The position numbers were made by a program, and so were the translations under genes. Of a DNA stretch of 64,000 nucleotides, positions 13,489 through 28,864 are shown in pieces. Position 1 is the stretch's first letter, and each line of letters opens with the position of its first letter. Source of the stretch: Tubulanus polymorphus (lineage: Eukaryota > Animalia > Nemertea); contig NC_134027.1 in assembly GCF_964204645.1 (NCBI RefSeq), forward strand, positions 7,038,485 through 7,102,484. Direction: 5' to 3'. The notes under the pieces are model-generated. The model worked only from the letters and a program-made list of their open reading frames with translations, ran no database searches and was not told where the DNA came from.

Positions 13489-16400
13489 TCACTTTCGTTT
13501 TTTTCCTTTCTTTCCTGATTTCTTTTTGCTTTTAGGCTTTTTTCCTCCTTTTACCTTCGTTTTCTTTCCCTTCGATACTTTTTCAGGTGTTGTAATTACT
13601 GGCATCATTTTCATTTGTTTTTCCAAAATTTCCGCTACTTTTTCTGGGTCTGGATTGTAATTTGCGACTTCTGTTTTCAATTTGGAACATTTTTCATGAA
13701 TTCTCCATCGACCCTCAAGTAGTTCACTGAAATTGACGAATTTAATTCGACTGTGAGGCAAAGGTTAGAAAATGAAACGAAGTCAAATATATGTACAAAT
13801 GTATAAATCAATTATGTAGCACAAGTGTTCATTAAATCATTATAAAGATCTTGTACATATATTGATAAATAGATATATTATTATATTATTATCATAACTT
13901 ACTTGTAATCCATAGCACCACTTTGATCGGTATCAAGCTGGTCTAGTAACATATCGATATGTTTCTGAAAAAAGGAAAAGAATTCTTTCTGCAGGTGCGC
14001 ATTATGAATGTTATTTCTAAAAACGTTTAACTCTTTCTTTCGAACAGAATTTTATGTACGTGGAGGTTAGGTAAGATTCTTAGAAGGAGATACGACAGGT
14101 TGATTACAGTTGCGTTATCATACTAAAGGCATTAAATGGCATACATTGGTGAGCCTTAATCCATGCAATTTCAATCCTTGACGAAGTTCCTCGGTCGAAA
14201 CATCACCACTCATGTCTTCATCCATTTGTTGAAACCAAACCTCTAAATTGTCCTTGTTGTCACTAACAAATTCGTCAAATAATGCATACACATTTGCCTC
14301 CGTCTGAAACGAAAGGAATATGTTCAGCCTGGTAAATTGCCAACGAATATACAGGTACTTTACTATTTTAGACAGGATTTTTTATATTCATAAATTACCC
14401 TTGAACGCAGATATCCACCAAGCCCACCGTGTAGCACAGTAATATCTTTTTCCCTTTCGACTTCTTTAATTCTTAGATAGGTCTTTCCTGTCAGCGCTAT
14501 ATCCTGTAATCGTAAATAAGGAACCGTTTTGAGTTTACCCCTTATAAGACTTTACCACTTTTTGGCTGCTTTCAACGAACCTCAATTCCTAGTAATTTAA
14601 GCGTTTGGTTGTTATCTGGTCCAACGGCATCTAATACGTAATTCATGCCGACTTCTCCAATAGGACTCATGTTTATCTAGAAGATAATGTTTAATATTGC
14701 TTTGTTACAGATTGATAACATACCGGCGAGTGGAACCACGAAATTGATTTTCTTACCAAAAGTGTTTCCAAGCCAATGTTCGCCTTTAATCCATTCGCTA
14801 TGTTTTGAGTGCCTTCATCGGTTAGTCGGTTATTGCTACAAATTGAATAATGAGCATGGCTTTTATAACAAGAATCTTCAGCTGGCGAAACCGACCATCT
14901 TATGTACGTGACGCGTTACCTGAGATCCAGTACACGTAATGTATGGTTTACTTTCAAAGCATTTCCCAGTGCCACAGTTCCATTTAGAGACAATCCATTC
15001 CATTCCAAATCCAAAATTTCCAGACATTTATTAACCTACGAAGATTATTACCTAAGTTGCGTATAATACAATAGATACCACTAGTTATAAAATTTAACGT
15101 CGAACGTACGTTCAAAGCGTTCATGATCGCAACCGCACCATTTTGCCGGATGGCGTTCCAACTCAAATCTAAATCCATCAAACCTATATTATTTTCCTAG
15201 TCAAACGTAAAAACAAAATTATTTAGCCATAGGTTGCCATAAAGGATGCAATGGAAAAGGGAAAATAGGGAGGATTCAAGGGAAAGAGCATTTATTATGT
15301 TGATGCGTGGGAAATTTAATCCAGTAAAACTTACTAGTCCATCAGCAATATAACCGCCTCCGATATCCCCTATTTGATTGTGACTTATATTGAGACATGT
15401 TAACGAGGAATTACTACCAAGTGCATCGGCGATTAGTTTTGCATCGGCATCCGTTAAATTATTCCCTGGAAATACGTTCATACATCAGAACCGATATTTG
15501 AGGCGTGGTAGATGATATACATTTATACTAATTTTTCACGTTGATTAGAATTTGCAATTTGTCGATGTTTTATATTGTAATTATGTACACAATTTGATAT
15601 CTATTGAGAAATAAAATTCATATTCATATTCAAATTCATTGATCGTTGAAATCATACCACTGAGGGAAAGACTTTTTAAAGTAGTGTTCACATCAAGCAC
15701 GTCTACGAAAGCCTGCACACCGCGCCTACCGATATGATTGTTCGATATGTCCTGTAAAATATCAAAAAGCAATTCATTGTGTATTCTTGAAAATTTCACG
15801 TAACGTTCAAGGGCAGATCAAGGCTTATTTGAAGGGATGGACCTTGAAATTGGAATAGGTACTTAATCTAAGGGTAGATTTGGCAATGCGAGGGCTGCAA
15901 GCGAAACATTGGTGGTTCTGGTGGCCCAACAGGAGCTTTTCTTGCTCAGGGCTCAACTGGATTTATTTTTAGTCTTTTTGAAATGTTTCTAGACTTTTTA
16001 GCGGGCACATTCGAAGGGGACCAGTCCACCCGGTCCACCCCCCTAAACCCGCTATTGCGATGTGTCGTATAAACGACGTTAGCTTGGAAAATAGTGCAAA
16101 CATTACTGCGTCAGGGGATAAATCGTTTGATATTTCATTGTGCGTTTAATGAATATTTTCATCGATTATAAGAGTTCCAGAGGTTTAAATCTGTGAATGA
16201 ATTACTTGAAGTCATTAACGAATTTATTGAAATCCACATGTGCGACAAACATTCTAGTGTAGGTAATAAAATTCCGCGTTTCGGTGTCTCAAAAGTATAA
16301 ACTACTGAATGTAATTATCAAATATATGCATTTACTTTTCGAAGGATATCGACGAATTTTGATAACTTTTTTTCTATATGAATGATATACTTACAAGTTT

Positions 16401-18927
16401 TATGAGAAACATATTTTCCCGCAACATATCTGCCATGTAGATCGCGCCTTCTTCTCCAATGAAATTATCGTGTATGTCCAGCACTTCGGTTATCGTGTTT
16501 TTCTATCGTGTTAAAATGTTATTGCAATTATGGAATAACGGGGAACTTTTTTTTATCTTTTTTGTTACCAACTTTCGAATTATTTGATTTGTGGGCAAGC
16601 ACCTACCGCCATTGCGCCAGCCAACGGAATAGCTCCTTTTGCGCCAATATAATGGTGTCTCATGCGAAGATGAGGGGTCTGCAGATTCTTCGACAAATAA
16701 GATGTTGGAACGACCTTCCTATTAATGCATTCTGATTCATATATGTACACTCCGCCCGCGTCGTAATCATTCGGATTATCTATTGATTAAACAGTTTAAA
16801 AATTCGAATGAATGAATATTCTAATTAGAATTTCGTTATTATCTCGATGTCTAGTTTTCGTGAAAGAAAACAATATGGTTAAAGTTATGTATTTGTTATA
16901 CAAATATTTGACCTTAGTCAACCCGCGCGATGGCTAAAGATAAAAACTTAACTCAGTGGTCAGAAATGAAATTGCCTCTTGAGAACTTTACATGATACAT
17001 GATCAAAGGATTTTGTATCTATATTTCCCCTGTAGGCCTACTGTGCATAAAGCTCCCAACTTGTCTTCGCGAAATATTTAGACCACCTGCATGGAGGTTA
17101 TTTGTTCTTGGTCATTATCCGTTTACGAGCTATATTTGAATAAAGACATTATATTAGGGGATTAGTTGGTTGACTTATTTGCAGATTACGGTTACGACCG
17201 ATTATCAATTTGTAAGTGTCATTTTTTGGTTATATATACAAAACGGTATGATCGTTATTATACCTGTCTATTTTGTCCTATTGATTATTTATTCTGAAAA
17301 TGGCCAATTTCCATATGGTTTATAAAATGCTATTGGCTTCGTCATTTTCATGAAAAATTTACGTAAAGAAATCCTGATAGTTTTTCGCTTCAGTCCAAAG
17401 AGATCGATCAGTAATAAGTGATAAATGATAAACGCGATAAGTGAATGTCATTGTGATCAGTTGAATAGGTTGATTAATCAAGGCAGGACCACCGAACGAC
17501 GAGCATTTATTTCCATCACGGAATAGGGATTGAATATGCATTATTTATGGTTAGAAAAACGTAGCAATTTTGGCATAAATCAAATTCTAATGGTTTTTTA
17601 CTATAAAAGAAAACAAGATTTTTCCATTCGTAAAGCAATATTGGCGACATTGAACGGCTGTCACGTTGCGTTATGATTGCTTATTAGTTGATTCATTCAT
17701 ACCACACTCCAAGTAGATATTGATACGATTTTTATCGGCCCATTACTATCGAAATCTCGACTGAATGTATATGAAAATAATAGATCCAATCAATCGATAC
17801 AATTCATACGATGTATATATTACCAACGGGGAAATCATCTTCAAGATCTGTGTCATAATCTGCTGAATTGTATCCATTCTCAGCTTCTAGTTCTTCCCAA
17901 GCAAACTTGTTAATTTGTCGTGGGGTCAGTCGCGGACTGAGAGGCGCATTTATCAGATTACTATTCAGTCCGAAACTTGTGTTCAATTGGTTTCCGTTGT
18001 TAACGTCAGCTGTGTAAGGATGAAATATAAACTATGATATCCACACCCACTAAAATTCCGATATGTAATATATACGATGAAATAACATTTACCTGGAGGT
18101 TCAGCGGTACCCTTCTCGGCAAAAACCGATGTTCTTCCATCATTGGTCCATGGTGTTCCGTCGTGAATCCACAGTGCACTACTGGCTCGTTCTGATTGCG
18201 GGTAATCCACATCATATTGTTTAACGTGTCCAAAATCGCTTTCACTGCGTATTAGGTCTCCTGTAACAAGGGCGTCATAATCGAAATGATCCGAGGCTGT
18301 CCACGGTCGCACTTTGACGCCGGTATGCGAATTACGCGGAATCCTTTTCCGTTCCTGATCTTTGTCGTTGGTAAGAAATTCAGATCGGTCAACCAACGGT
18401 TTTGTATTATTCTGCCGCTTTTCCGGCTGAAAAAGATAGTATGGTACTTTTGGATTACCCCCTTACCCGAGCGTTTGGTCAGATTAAGGAAAAACCGATC
18501 ATCTGAAATTATCAGCAAAGACAATATCTATTTGTTTTGAAATCTACAGATTTCTCTCCGCGTTCACTGAATTCTATCATTGCCAACGATTCATATCTGT
18601 TAATACTGTTTTAATGAGTTGTGATTTATAGATCAAAACAGTTGTTCTCACTTGTACGCAGGCTCTTTAATTCCCGAGTCAGGTATTGATTATACTATCA
18701 CTATCAATCTAAAAATCGCTCATGATTTTTCATTGAAACCTCCACATTAGCGTTCAAAATGTTTTACAAAAGTAAATGAATGAATTAGATATCCACTTTA
18801 CCCTCTATTTCGATCGCACATTGACTAATTTTAGTTAGAACACATAAATATATTTTTTCTTAGTTTCTTTTACCTTGTGATATGTTCTTCGGGTGTTAGC
18901 TTCAATGTCTGAATTCGGGCCCAACAT
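13489..18927 (-). CDS. LRRC74-like leucine-rich repeat protein with C-terminal EF-hand-like pair and Lys-rich tail
   Basis: YDTDLEDD; LRMRHHYIGAKGAIPLAGAM; RI-like LRRs (LNISHNQIGDIGG, LDLSWNAIRQNGA); EF-hand-like loops DEDMSGDVSTEE and DTDQSGAMDY; tail KKSGKKGKKRK. Start inferred from exon 18927-18874 spliced to 18426. Confidence 0.75.
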
Positions 18928-20866
18928 AATTTATATATATCCACTAAGTTCTATGCCACGTCAAGAATGAATTAAATATTCATCTTTTAAACTTCAGTCT
19001 AGGCCGGGTGGTTACGACAATGTCTTAAATTGTTTTGGATATCTTTCTGCCTTTACCCAGGTGTTGTAAATATAGTAACTGTTAAAGCGAATTGCAGATT
19101 ATCGACACGCTTGGCCTGCAACTGGTATAATTAACTAAATCATTGGTGCACGGCGACAGGGACCGGCGTTGAACATTCCTCTGGCTTGTTTTTTTCTGGC
19201 CGGGTTCAGCACATCGGAGACTGAACAGAAAACATTCTCGCTGATCTCACACAATAGTGAGGGCTGGATCACTTATCATTCCGATTATTTGGAGTACTGA
19301 ACTGGCCGGTGTTCACAGTTGCTGCCGTCCGTTCGTCCGTGATCGCTATCCGCTCAATTAATGCCTTACATGGTTAGCCAGATCCTTATTTTACTTTTAC
19401 CCTGAAACGAACGTCGGGTGACGTACGCAAAAAGTGTGTACACACACAAGCCATTGACTTTTCGTTACAGAGTTGGAATAGAACTCGGGATTGCGCATAT
19501 TTAACATCGAATTGAAGAGAGCTTCTCGACTGTAAGCCGATATAGTAACCATACACAGTGGAAGGTTCGTATAATTTCGTGATATATTGCTAATTCATTG
19601 CAGTTTGTGGCGTGGTCGTAATCGATCCTTCGTTTTTTTGGGTCTAAAACTTAAAGTAAAACTCTACACCCAGTCACCAGCAGCAGCAGCACAGCAGGCG
19701 GCAGCACACAACCAACAAACAGTAACCTTACAGTACACATTTACACTATGATAGCTACAGAGTACAACCAGTGTGTTACTAGGATTTTTTAAAAGGGGTC
19801 GGAATTAATATAATATAAAGCGGCTTTTGCGTGCCATATTTTTTGGTGCCGTCGGTATCTGCCAAGTGATATGGCGCTCACCGATCTTAAAAAGGCAAAC
19901 GAGCATTTCTGATTTCTTCAAATTACTTGAAAGTTCTTGAATAAGTGTAATTTTTATATTCGAAGCTTGAGAGGAGCGTATTCTGGTCAACCTTTTAGGG
20001 CAAAATATTTATGAAATTTGTTTTAAAAAATTCAGAAAAGGACCGAAATTATGACTGAAAATGCCGGGCTGTCTGCACCCTCTCATGAAGCCCATGACCA
20101 CAACAGCATTCGGCTGTTTCACCAAAATGGCATCAGTCAAAATGTGACCACATGCATGTAATACCAACTTCCTAAGGCCTTGTCACAAAAGCTGGGCTGG
20201 GAAAGGGTGCTGAATCAGAAATTTACCCTGACAGTGTCTCTGTGAGTGAGTCAGTATCCTAGGACTGTAGTGTGTATCATGAGTGATGTACACCTATCCT
20301 AGGCAGTCAGTAGTCAGTAACCTGTCTGTGGTTTAGTTTCACGATCTGATATTTTCACAAACCACATGCCCGTCCGATTATAAAAAGCTTACAACCAACG
20401 TTTAGGTAACTAACTACTGTCCTGGGATGCTGTCTTAAATATTTTGAATGTCTATTTATAGACTGGTGGGAAAACCCATATTTCAAAGACTAATAGTCTC
20501 GCGCAATCTCATTCCATTGAAGAAGTGAAACATGCGTAATGTTCATGACCCAATCAAAGTCTAGTTGTGGTCTGATCCACTCTTAACTGGGGGTACAAAG
20601 TCCAGGCACTTGATTAGTTTAAGATATGAACTTTTTGACAAGATTGGTTATTGGCTAAGAATATTTTGTCTTGTGAAAGTAGTGATTCACCAGACTGAGG
20701 ATAAAAATGAATATAAAGTCCGATTCAAATTGTAATCATAACATTCTAAACCTTTCTACGTGGAGTTTTTTAATCGTCATATGTGTAACTTTGTGCGTTA
20801 TATTCCTGTTTAGGTTCTTCGTTTGAAGCCGGATTAAGGAAAAGACCCATCAATAAGATCGCAGAC

Positions 20867-23826
20867 ATGGATCTTGTAGGTGGAGCGAGTCTTGACCACC
20901 TGCCCGATCCTCTGATAATGCCGACATCGTCGATTCCGAGTAATGACAACCAGTACAAAATGTCAGCGGAAAGCTCTGTCAACGATTCATCTGCGACAAA
21001 AGCAACAACGTCAGCAGAAATTGTGAATGAAGACGATGCAATTTCTCCACAGCCACAAGAAGAAGTTGAAATACAGGAAGAAGCAGAAAGCATGCTCAAA
21101 GTAAGTACAGTTAAATCAAAGTTAAAGGATTTGCAGGGATGTTACAGAGTTATGCTTAGAATTGCCAAATCTTTCTTACCTACGCAGGCCTATCACATAT
21201 GCTGATAATCTCTTTTAAATAAAATCGGCCAAGATTTCTCATTAACTCATTTTCGATGAATTGAAATCAAAACAATAAAGAGACCTTTATCTGATTTTTC
21301 ATTTATTACAAACATACCGGTACATAACCCAGAACCGATATCTATTAACAATTGACTGTGAGTTGGAACCGCAGTCAATTGACCTAGATTGAATTCAACT
21401 GATCGACTTGATAAATAGGCCTTGAATGTTCAAATTTTGTTCAATCACATCTAGATATTCGACTTCTCGGTATTTACATTATTATGATATATTTTCCCTG
21501 CTTTTTTCTATCAGACACCCGTAAAAGACGAACATCCCAAAAGTATACATGCTCACAATGTAGAGATACTAGCAGCCGCTCACAGAGCTGCCGAACAAGT
21601 GGAGGAATTCGCCAAAAAAATCTGGAGACGCGGCTGGGAAGTCGTGCATCACCATCATTTACCGGACTGGCTGAAAGACAACGATTTTCTACACAGAGGC
21701 CATCGGCCAGAGCTCAATTCATTCATGGCCTGCTTTAAATCTATATTTCGTATTCACACCGAAACTGGAAACATATGGACGCATCTTTTAGGTAAACCTA
21801 TTACGGAAATCATTTCTCATTTATGATTTCAGGTGTACAATGCAGTTTTATATGTAACGTCAATCAATCTTTATCCAATGAAAACAGTTTCGTCGAACTA
21901 AGCTGATTATGTGATGTTGGTGTGTTTGTGACACAGCTGTTCAACGGTGTATACTGTTTTCTGTTGGACAGCTGTCACCTATGTGAAGACCCAATCATTT
22001 CATTGTTCTAATCATCTGATCTGTTGCGTCAATCCAGGGGTTGAACAAAGTTGTTGGGCCCCATTCAAATTTTGAAACAGTCATTATATAGGTCGTGATT
22101 GGTTTTGATTCATTTCATGAAATTCTTCAGATAGCATTTTTAGAAGTATGATGTTATGAGGCTGTTATCTTTTTACCAAATTCTAATTAGATTTAGTCCA
22201 ATATCCAAAACAATTTTATGAACTTTGGACTCAAATTCAAAGTCTGAAACATGGTTTCTAAATGGTTTTCATTGACATTTTGCCCTTAGTTTCATGGAAG
22301 ACGTGGGTAGGAACATTCTGTGTACCCACGTTACGTAGGTTAATATAGAAACCAGTTATGAACTTTACATGAAAACGTTCAACTTAACCGATAAAAGGTG
22401 TCTGGTATTCCAGACATACCGCCAGATATGGCTGATCATCTTATCAATTTTAAGATCTCGATTGACTACTTCATAGTGTTGTGCTTTTACTGACGTTACA
22501 TATGTACCTAAATGAGGCCTGTCGTCTGCTTCCGTTGGACTATTGCGATTTTTTTCTGCGATTGCATTTAGTTTTCTTATCATGCTTGTGTTTGTGAATG
22601 AACGCCTACAACTTAATTCTTATTCCTCAGTTGTGACCTAAAGTATTTGAGCTAGCAGCTGTTTGCGTATTTTATCATTCATTAGTGATAAATTTTATGA
22701 ATAGCATTACTACTTTTTAAATAAAACCTTTAATTTACTGTTTATTTCACAGGCTTCATTGCTTTCATCGGCGTCGCTGTCTATTTCCTTTCTCGGTCAT
22801 CCATTGAAGTGCAATGGCAAGAGAAGGCTGTGTTTTCTGCATTCTTCGCCGGAGCTATCTTATGTCTTGGATTTTCGTGGATATTTCATACAGTCTATTG
22901 TCATTCAGAAAGGGTTGGAAAATTGTTTAACAAGTAAGTTTGTTTTTCTAATCAGTTTAGAAATCCTAGTTAATTTGATTTAACTGAATGATATGTCAAA
23001 GTTAATCCCGTACATTGCTCATTCAATCATTCACATGAATGTGTATTTTTCTATTTCAGGTTAGACTATTGCGGTATTGCCTTATTAACTATGGGATCAT
23101 TTGTACCTTGGCTATATTACAGTTTCTACTGTAGCATGGCACCCAAAATCGCTTACCTTGTGCTCATTTTCATCCTTGGAACGACTTGCATCATTGTGTC
23201 ACTATGGGATAAATTTTCTGAACCACAATACCGGTGTGTAAGAGCAGGTGAGTTTGTTATCAAGTATTTTGTCTTCAAAGGACCTCCATCAGCACAAAAA
23301 GTGAATGCACGAGAATGCTTTGATATAAAACTGAAATTTTCTTGCATGTATGGGTTTTTGCACCCATCACTTTTTCGATTATTAGCAAATTAAGATTTGG
23401 TCAAGAAGATTTTCTCTTCGTTTTTAGGTGTATTCATTGCTCTTGGTCTCAGCGGAGTAATACCAGCTATGCATTATGTCATCACGGAAGGTTTTTCTAA
23501 GGCATTGGAATACGCCGCACTCGGTTGGTTAGTGCTTATGGCTTTCCTGTATATACTCGGTGCTCTTATATATGCGTGTAGATTTCCGGAACGGATGTTC
23601 CCAGGAAAATTTGATATATGGGTACGTACAGTGTACAAGTTTGAAATTTGTTCGATGTCTTGTTTATGACTTGCTCGTAATTTTGGTATTTCCTTTGCAG
23701 TTTCAGAGTCATCAGATCTTTCATATTTTTGTCGTTGCCGCTGCATTTGTTCACTACCACGGTATTACCGAGATTGCTAACTATCGGCTAACAAGTGGTG
23801 ATTGTGTAGCGCCAGAAGTGGAGTGA
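20867..23826 (+). CDS. ADIPOR: Adiponectin receptor (PAQR family)
   Basis: LPDWLKDNDFLHRGHRP, CFKSIFRIHTETGNIWTHLLG, HTVYCHSE, LDYCGIALL and PERMFPGKFDIW-FQSHQIFH, including the Zn-binding His residues. Start codon uncertain. Long putative 3' UTR to an AATAAA near 26954. Confidence 0.95.
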
Positions 23827-25458
23827 GTCGCACGCCGTGTAGATAGATCTGTATATTCGACATCCTTCTCTGTCCAATTTCTCGACTGTGATCCATCGAT
23901 ATGTAATAACATCGTTACGATCGCGTGATGTTATTTGAAACTCGTGTGGTGATTGTTCATTGTTTGAGTCTTGCGGTAGACTCTCGTTTCGAGATATTGA
24001 ATGCATCAAGTTGTCGGTTACCGACCACTTACAAGACCGATATTCTGTGTGAAAAGCGACTGCTCCAACTTCTGGAACTTGTTATTGAATTACATTTTAT
24101 ATTGTTAATATTATACAAATGATGCCTAACTTATTACCAAAATCTTAAGCTTCTAGTTGTTGCCATTTATTTTTTACATACTTAGAGAAAATATGTATTG
24201 ATGATAGTAATAAGTCAAAACATGTATTTACTTTTCGCCTGGCCGATCAGTCAGGATGAATCTTCATAGTCTTGTGGTAAGAAGTGGTTCGCATTTCTAG
24301 CATAGGCCCTACTGGTAATTTGTGTCTGATAAGAAATTTTAGGACAAAATTTGTACGAGTGTCGGTTTCTCTAGTTCGATGGAAAATTATTATCACAAAG
24401 ATAGACATAAACTTATGGTTGCACCATTAGCCCATTTCAGTCCTTAAGAGAAACCAATAGATTTAGAGACCATGAAGTCATTACTGTAGGGCTTTATGAT
24501 AAATTTCTCCAGGTAGAATTCTCTCTCATATTTATACATGTATTTGGTTTGCTTGTGTTATTGATTTTTTTCTTACTTATGTTATTTGATTCTGTAATTG
24601 GGATTTTATGTACTTTCTATTTATTTTCTTTCTTTGTAGGCATATTTATATTAACTCATTTCATATGTGATACTCACAAATATAGTAGGCCCTACTGTAT
24701 ATTGTAAAAATATCTACTGGTTAAATCAGGCCTGGGCCTTTTATCGCTTCTCTGATAGAATATTATTTTATTTTAGTCCCTGTCTTTTGTCCGTATAGAA
24801 AAACTGCAGTTGTAAATAGCAAATGAGTTTTACTTGGTGAAACTGGTGTCAGCGCATTAGACAGGTTAACGAGTTGCAGCAATCATAGCTTGCCTCGAGT
24901 ATCCATAAAACTTGAATCAATAACACAATCATTATTGAATTATTCTAACAGATTTCTCAATGTTTCGTTATGATACACTGCCTGGTTTGTAATGTTACTC
25001 CCAAGTTCTTAATGGAGAAGTACATGGGTAATCTCAGGTATACACCACGGTAATAATTAGTCTGTTTTCAATAAGATCTTAAGGAATACAATACATTCCT
25101 TGCATTATGAATAAATCTGCATTGTGGTAACATATTTATGATATGACTTGAACGTTGTATTACAGTGTATATTCTTGACGCCGGAATTTGATTTTGTTTG
25201 CTGTACATATAAATTAACATCAGGGTTAATCCCTTGATTAATTAAGCTTATCGGTATGTACTACTCTGTTGAAATGATGACATTAGGGTTAAGTTTGTAC
25301 CTGGTCTTCAGACTAGACCATGGGTTTACTTCGGACATTTCAGCTTATGAACAGTGTTACCTCATTGTGTTGTAACTTACAACATGGGATTAGAAAATGT
25401 AATCGTTACAATCAATATAGATCAAGTTTACCAGAAAAATTGATCAAATTTACTTTAA

Positions 25459-25624
25459 GGGATCATTCATTTATTACGTACGCTTAAAATTTGAATTTTA
25501 TTCAACCCCCCTTCCCCTCCTCAGCAAAATCGGCCATTTTTTCATATACATTAAGCATTACAGTACGCAATAGCACTGACCCCTCCCCCTTCCCCTAATG
25601 CGTACGTAATAAATGAATGACCCC
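25459..25624. mobile_element. PIF/Harbinger-like MITE
   Basis: TIRs GGGATCATTCATTTATTACGTACGC / GCGTACGTAATAAATGAATGACCCC flanked by TAA on both sides. Confidence 0.8.
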
Positions 25625-28600
25625 TAAGCAATACCACGATGTACGGAGGTTTGTTTTGCCACTGAATGCCCAATGCCCCGTTCACTTTAAGTATGGACCC
25701 CAGTTTCTTTCAGTTGGTGGTAAAACTGGAAAACTGTGCGTTAAGGCTAAACTAAATGATACCTTGTTTTGCCGCAGCAGCCGGGTCATTTTTGTAAAAT
25801 ATGATAACATTTGTAAACAGTTCATTTCTATAGCGGCCGAGACTGTTATAGTAAAATTGATCACGATTTTAAAAAGAGGAATGTATAGGGTAGATAGGCG
25901 GCCGGCCGGGTCAACTTTTAAGCTCAGCAGAGCGGAGAAACTAGGTATCAATTTTGTTTGCCTAAAATTTGCATTTTTTTAAACAAATGCTCATTCATCT
26001 CGATAATTATGTTATAGTTTGTGTAGTACATCTACATTGAATGACGGTGGTGGTTTCTTTATAACAATGTGATTAATATTTTGTTTATCAACGAAAAGTA
26101 TGTACCTGGCGTGCATACCTATTAGAGACAGATCAATGATATCTCATAACAGTATGGTTATAGTGTAGTGTCTTGGACTGCAAGTTCAAATTATTACATT
26201 ATTGTAACTTCACGTGTGAGACTTTATGTTAGAATGTACATACAAATAATAAGATGATGCTCGGCAAGAAAGTGACTTGATATTGCTTAAAAATGTATCC
26301 TGTTATTTCCCTTTGAATTACATTGTAACATTAATTTAGTCTATTTATCAAGGCTACTTGAGGCTTAGATTAGGTTAGTTTATCAAATGTTGTGTTCAGA
26401 AGAATGCACTATGGTTTGATGTTAAGATGTTCACTTATATAATGGAAATACATCTTAATCTTTAAACCAATCTGGATTGAGCTAGCTTCACCTCTTTTCA
26501 ATGACTATTCATTTATACCAATCTTCTTTCTCACTCTCTTTCTTAGAATTGTAATATTTTCAAAAACGAGTTGAACGAGTGTGGTTATAAAATACATTAC
26601 AATACTAACTTATGGATAAAATGTAATTACTTAGTTATTATGAATATATTTATGCACCTGATAACTAAATTTGGCAATGGATTTCAATTTGCGGCCTTGT
26701 AAGCCAAGTGCAGGTCAGCTTAGTCACTTGTTGCGACAGGATTCCCTAGTATGATCACCAGCTCATTTTGCACATGTCGAAGTCACATTATGCAAGCAGT
26801 CACGAGTTAACTTACACTGGCATTAAGGCACCACTAACAGTTTAATTTATGGGTTGGCTGAGAACGATGACCAATTATTAAGTGTAAGCAATTGCTTTTT
26901 GGTTTGTTGATGAAACTTGTTGTACTTTACCTGATGTTACTATCTATGTCACAAATAAAAATTTATATCTAAAATCAAGGAATTATCAGCTGTTACATTT
27001 CTTATACATCTGCTACTGGTTCTTTGTTGTCAGGAGGCTGTTTTCCCTGAAAACAGGCATGGATTAAGGCTTCATCTAGATGGATGGTTAAAAGCAGTTA
27101 AAGGGATCCCAGATCATTTACCTTTGACCCTAGCAAGCAAGCTTTTATGGAGAGCAAACAAAGATCTTGAGAGAAATGCAGAATGTCAAGATGATACTTT
27201 TCATAGAAAAATGTACAGATCTTTATTGTAATTTCTATAAAAGAGAATACTCACATTTTATGTTATAAACAGTCAGATAAATTCACTCTTCTAATAAAAT
27301 ACAATATTTTCATAATATGAGTATAACATGTACAAGTACTTCTGTGTCTACAGGAGGCCCCTGATTATCAAAATTTGACATTCATTTTCTCACAAAAAAT
27401 GCTGAGATAAAAAATGCTGATGAAATACATTCTGAGATACGTTTCCCCATAATTAAAACTGTAGACACAGACCTCATGGAGATCACACATCAAACTATCA
27501 CATAATCAATACTATAGCAGACACTACAGTACATGAAAACTGAACTGTTTCTAGCTAAACAAAGGAAAACCTCTTATATACAAAACAAAAATCAAGGCAA
27601 CATAACAATATCACCTAGACTACCTAATTTCCTACACTTTTCAACGAATACAGTTTAAAACTGAAAACGGTACAAGTAAAAACTAAATTCCCATTAATGT
27701 AAGCAAGAAATAACCAATATGCTTGTCCATTTATTTTTACTCCTTGATGTATCAATGCTCGTTCATGAAAAGTAAATTGTATCTAGTGAATGTATTTCAT
27801 GTTTATATGTAATTTGAATTCTATAACAGTAATAATGATAACAACTTCAACGACAACAACCTTTTTTAAACACATGCATCAATCCATGGGATACACACTG
27901 GAGAAGAATAGATCAACAAACATATATACATGTACAACAAATACATTGTGCAGTGCAATGTACAACCTTCAAAAATGGATGAATAAAGCACCAATTATAA
28001 GTCATGAGTAAACATTGACTGTCTCACAAAATTATTTCCAAACTTGTACACAAATATATAGTTTGATAGTAAAATCTGTTACTAAATGCACTAGCGATAT
28101 TTAGACAATCTTATGAAATTACTTGAAAACTTTGCAATCTTTTCAATAAACATACATTTCAGTTTAAAGTAGAATAAGTGACATAGATAAAACTCTTAGG
28201 ACTCGTTTCTTAAGAAAATAATGCATAAGTGGCTAGAACATGAAGTTTCCAAATACATTTTCAATAAAAATAAAATTGAGTACAAGGCATATCCAGAAAA
28301 AATTTGATCGAAAAGTCAAACTTTATTCATTCCATTCATTGCATTTGAGATATTATTACACGTACCAGTATTAAAGTTGAATATATAACTGTTCAACAAT
28401 CCTGCAAGTATCAAAATAGGGGATAAAGATAATACATGTACATTTAAGATGTGAAAAGACATTTTTGAAATACCGGGTAGCACTCCAGTTTGCATATCTA
28501 TTAGTGAACTGAATTGCAAGTAGGCTCTACATGCCGAAACCTTTTTCAAAAATGACTTTTTTAGTGGAATAAAAGGAAACAAAGAAACGTTCCTCAAGTA

Positions 28601-28864
28601 TAAAAAGGAGGTATAACAAGCAATCATCATTGAGTAGGTGAAGTAAAACCGGCAGCGTATTTGTTTTTGTTTTTACAATTTCGCCTCTTATGCCGGATTT
28701 TCAAGACATATACAATGGGCATAAAAGAATTCCAGTCAAAGATGAATGATGATGCATCAAGACTCCACACATGTGTTAGTAAAATCTGATTCTCAATTCA
28801 AATAAATTTTAAGTTTTAACTGCAGAACTTGCTGAACAACTACAGAACTCGCTTATGTAGTTTA

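Noticed and set aside
20051-20161. Upstream ATG exon as the AdipoR N-terminus
   Set aside because: It ends in a stop codon, and the available donor phase does not match the acceptor at about 20812; at most a uORF or alternative 5' UTR.
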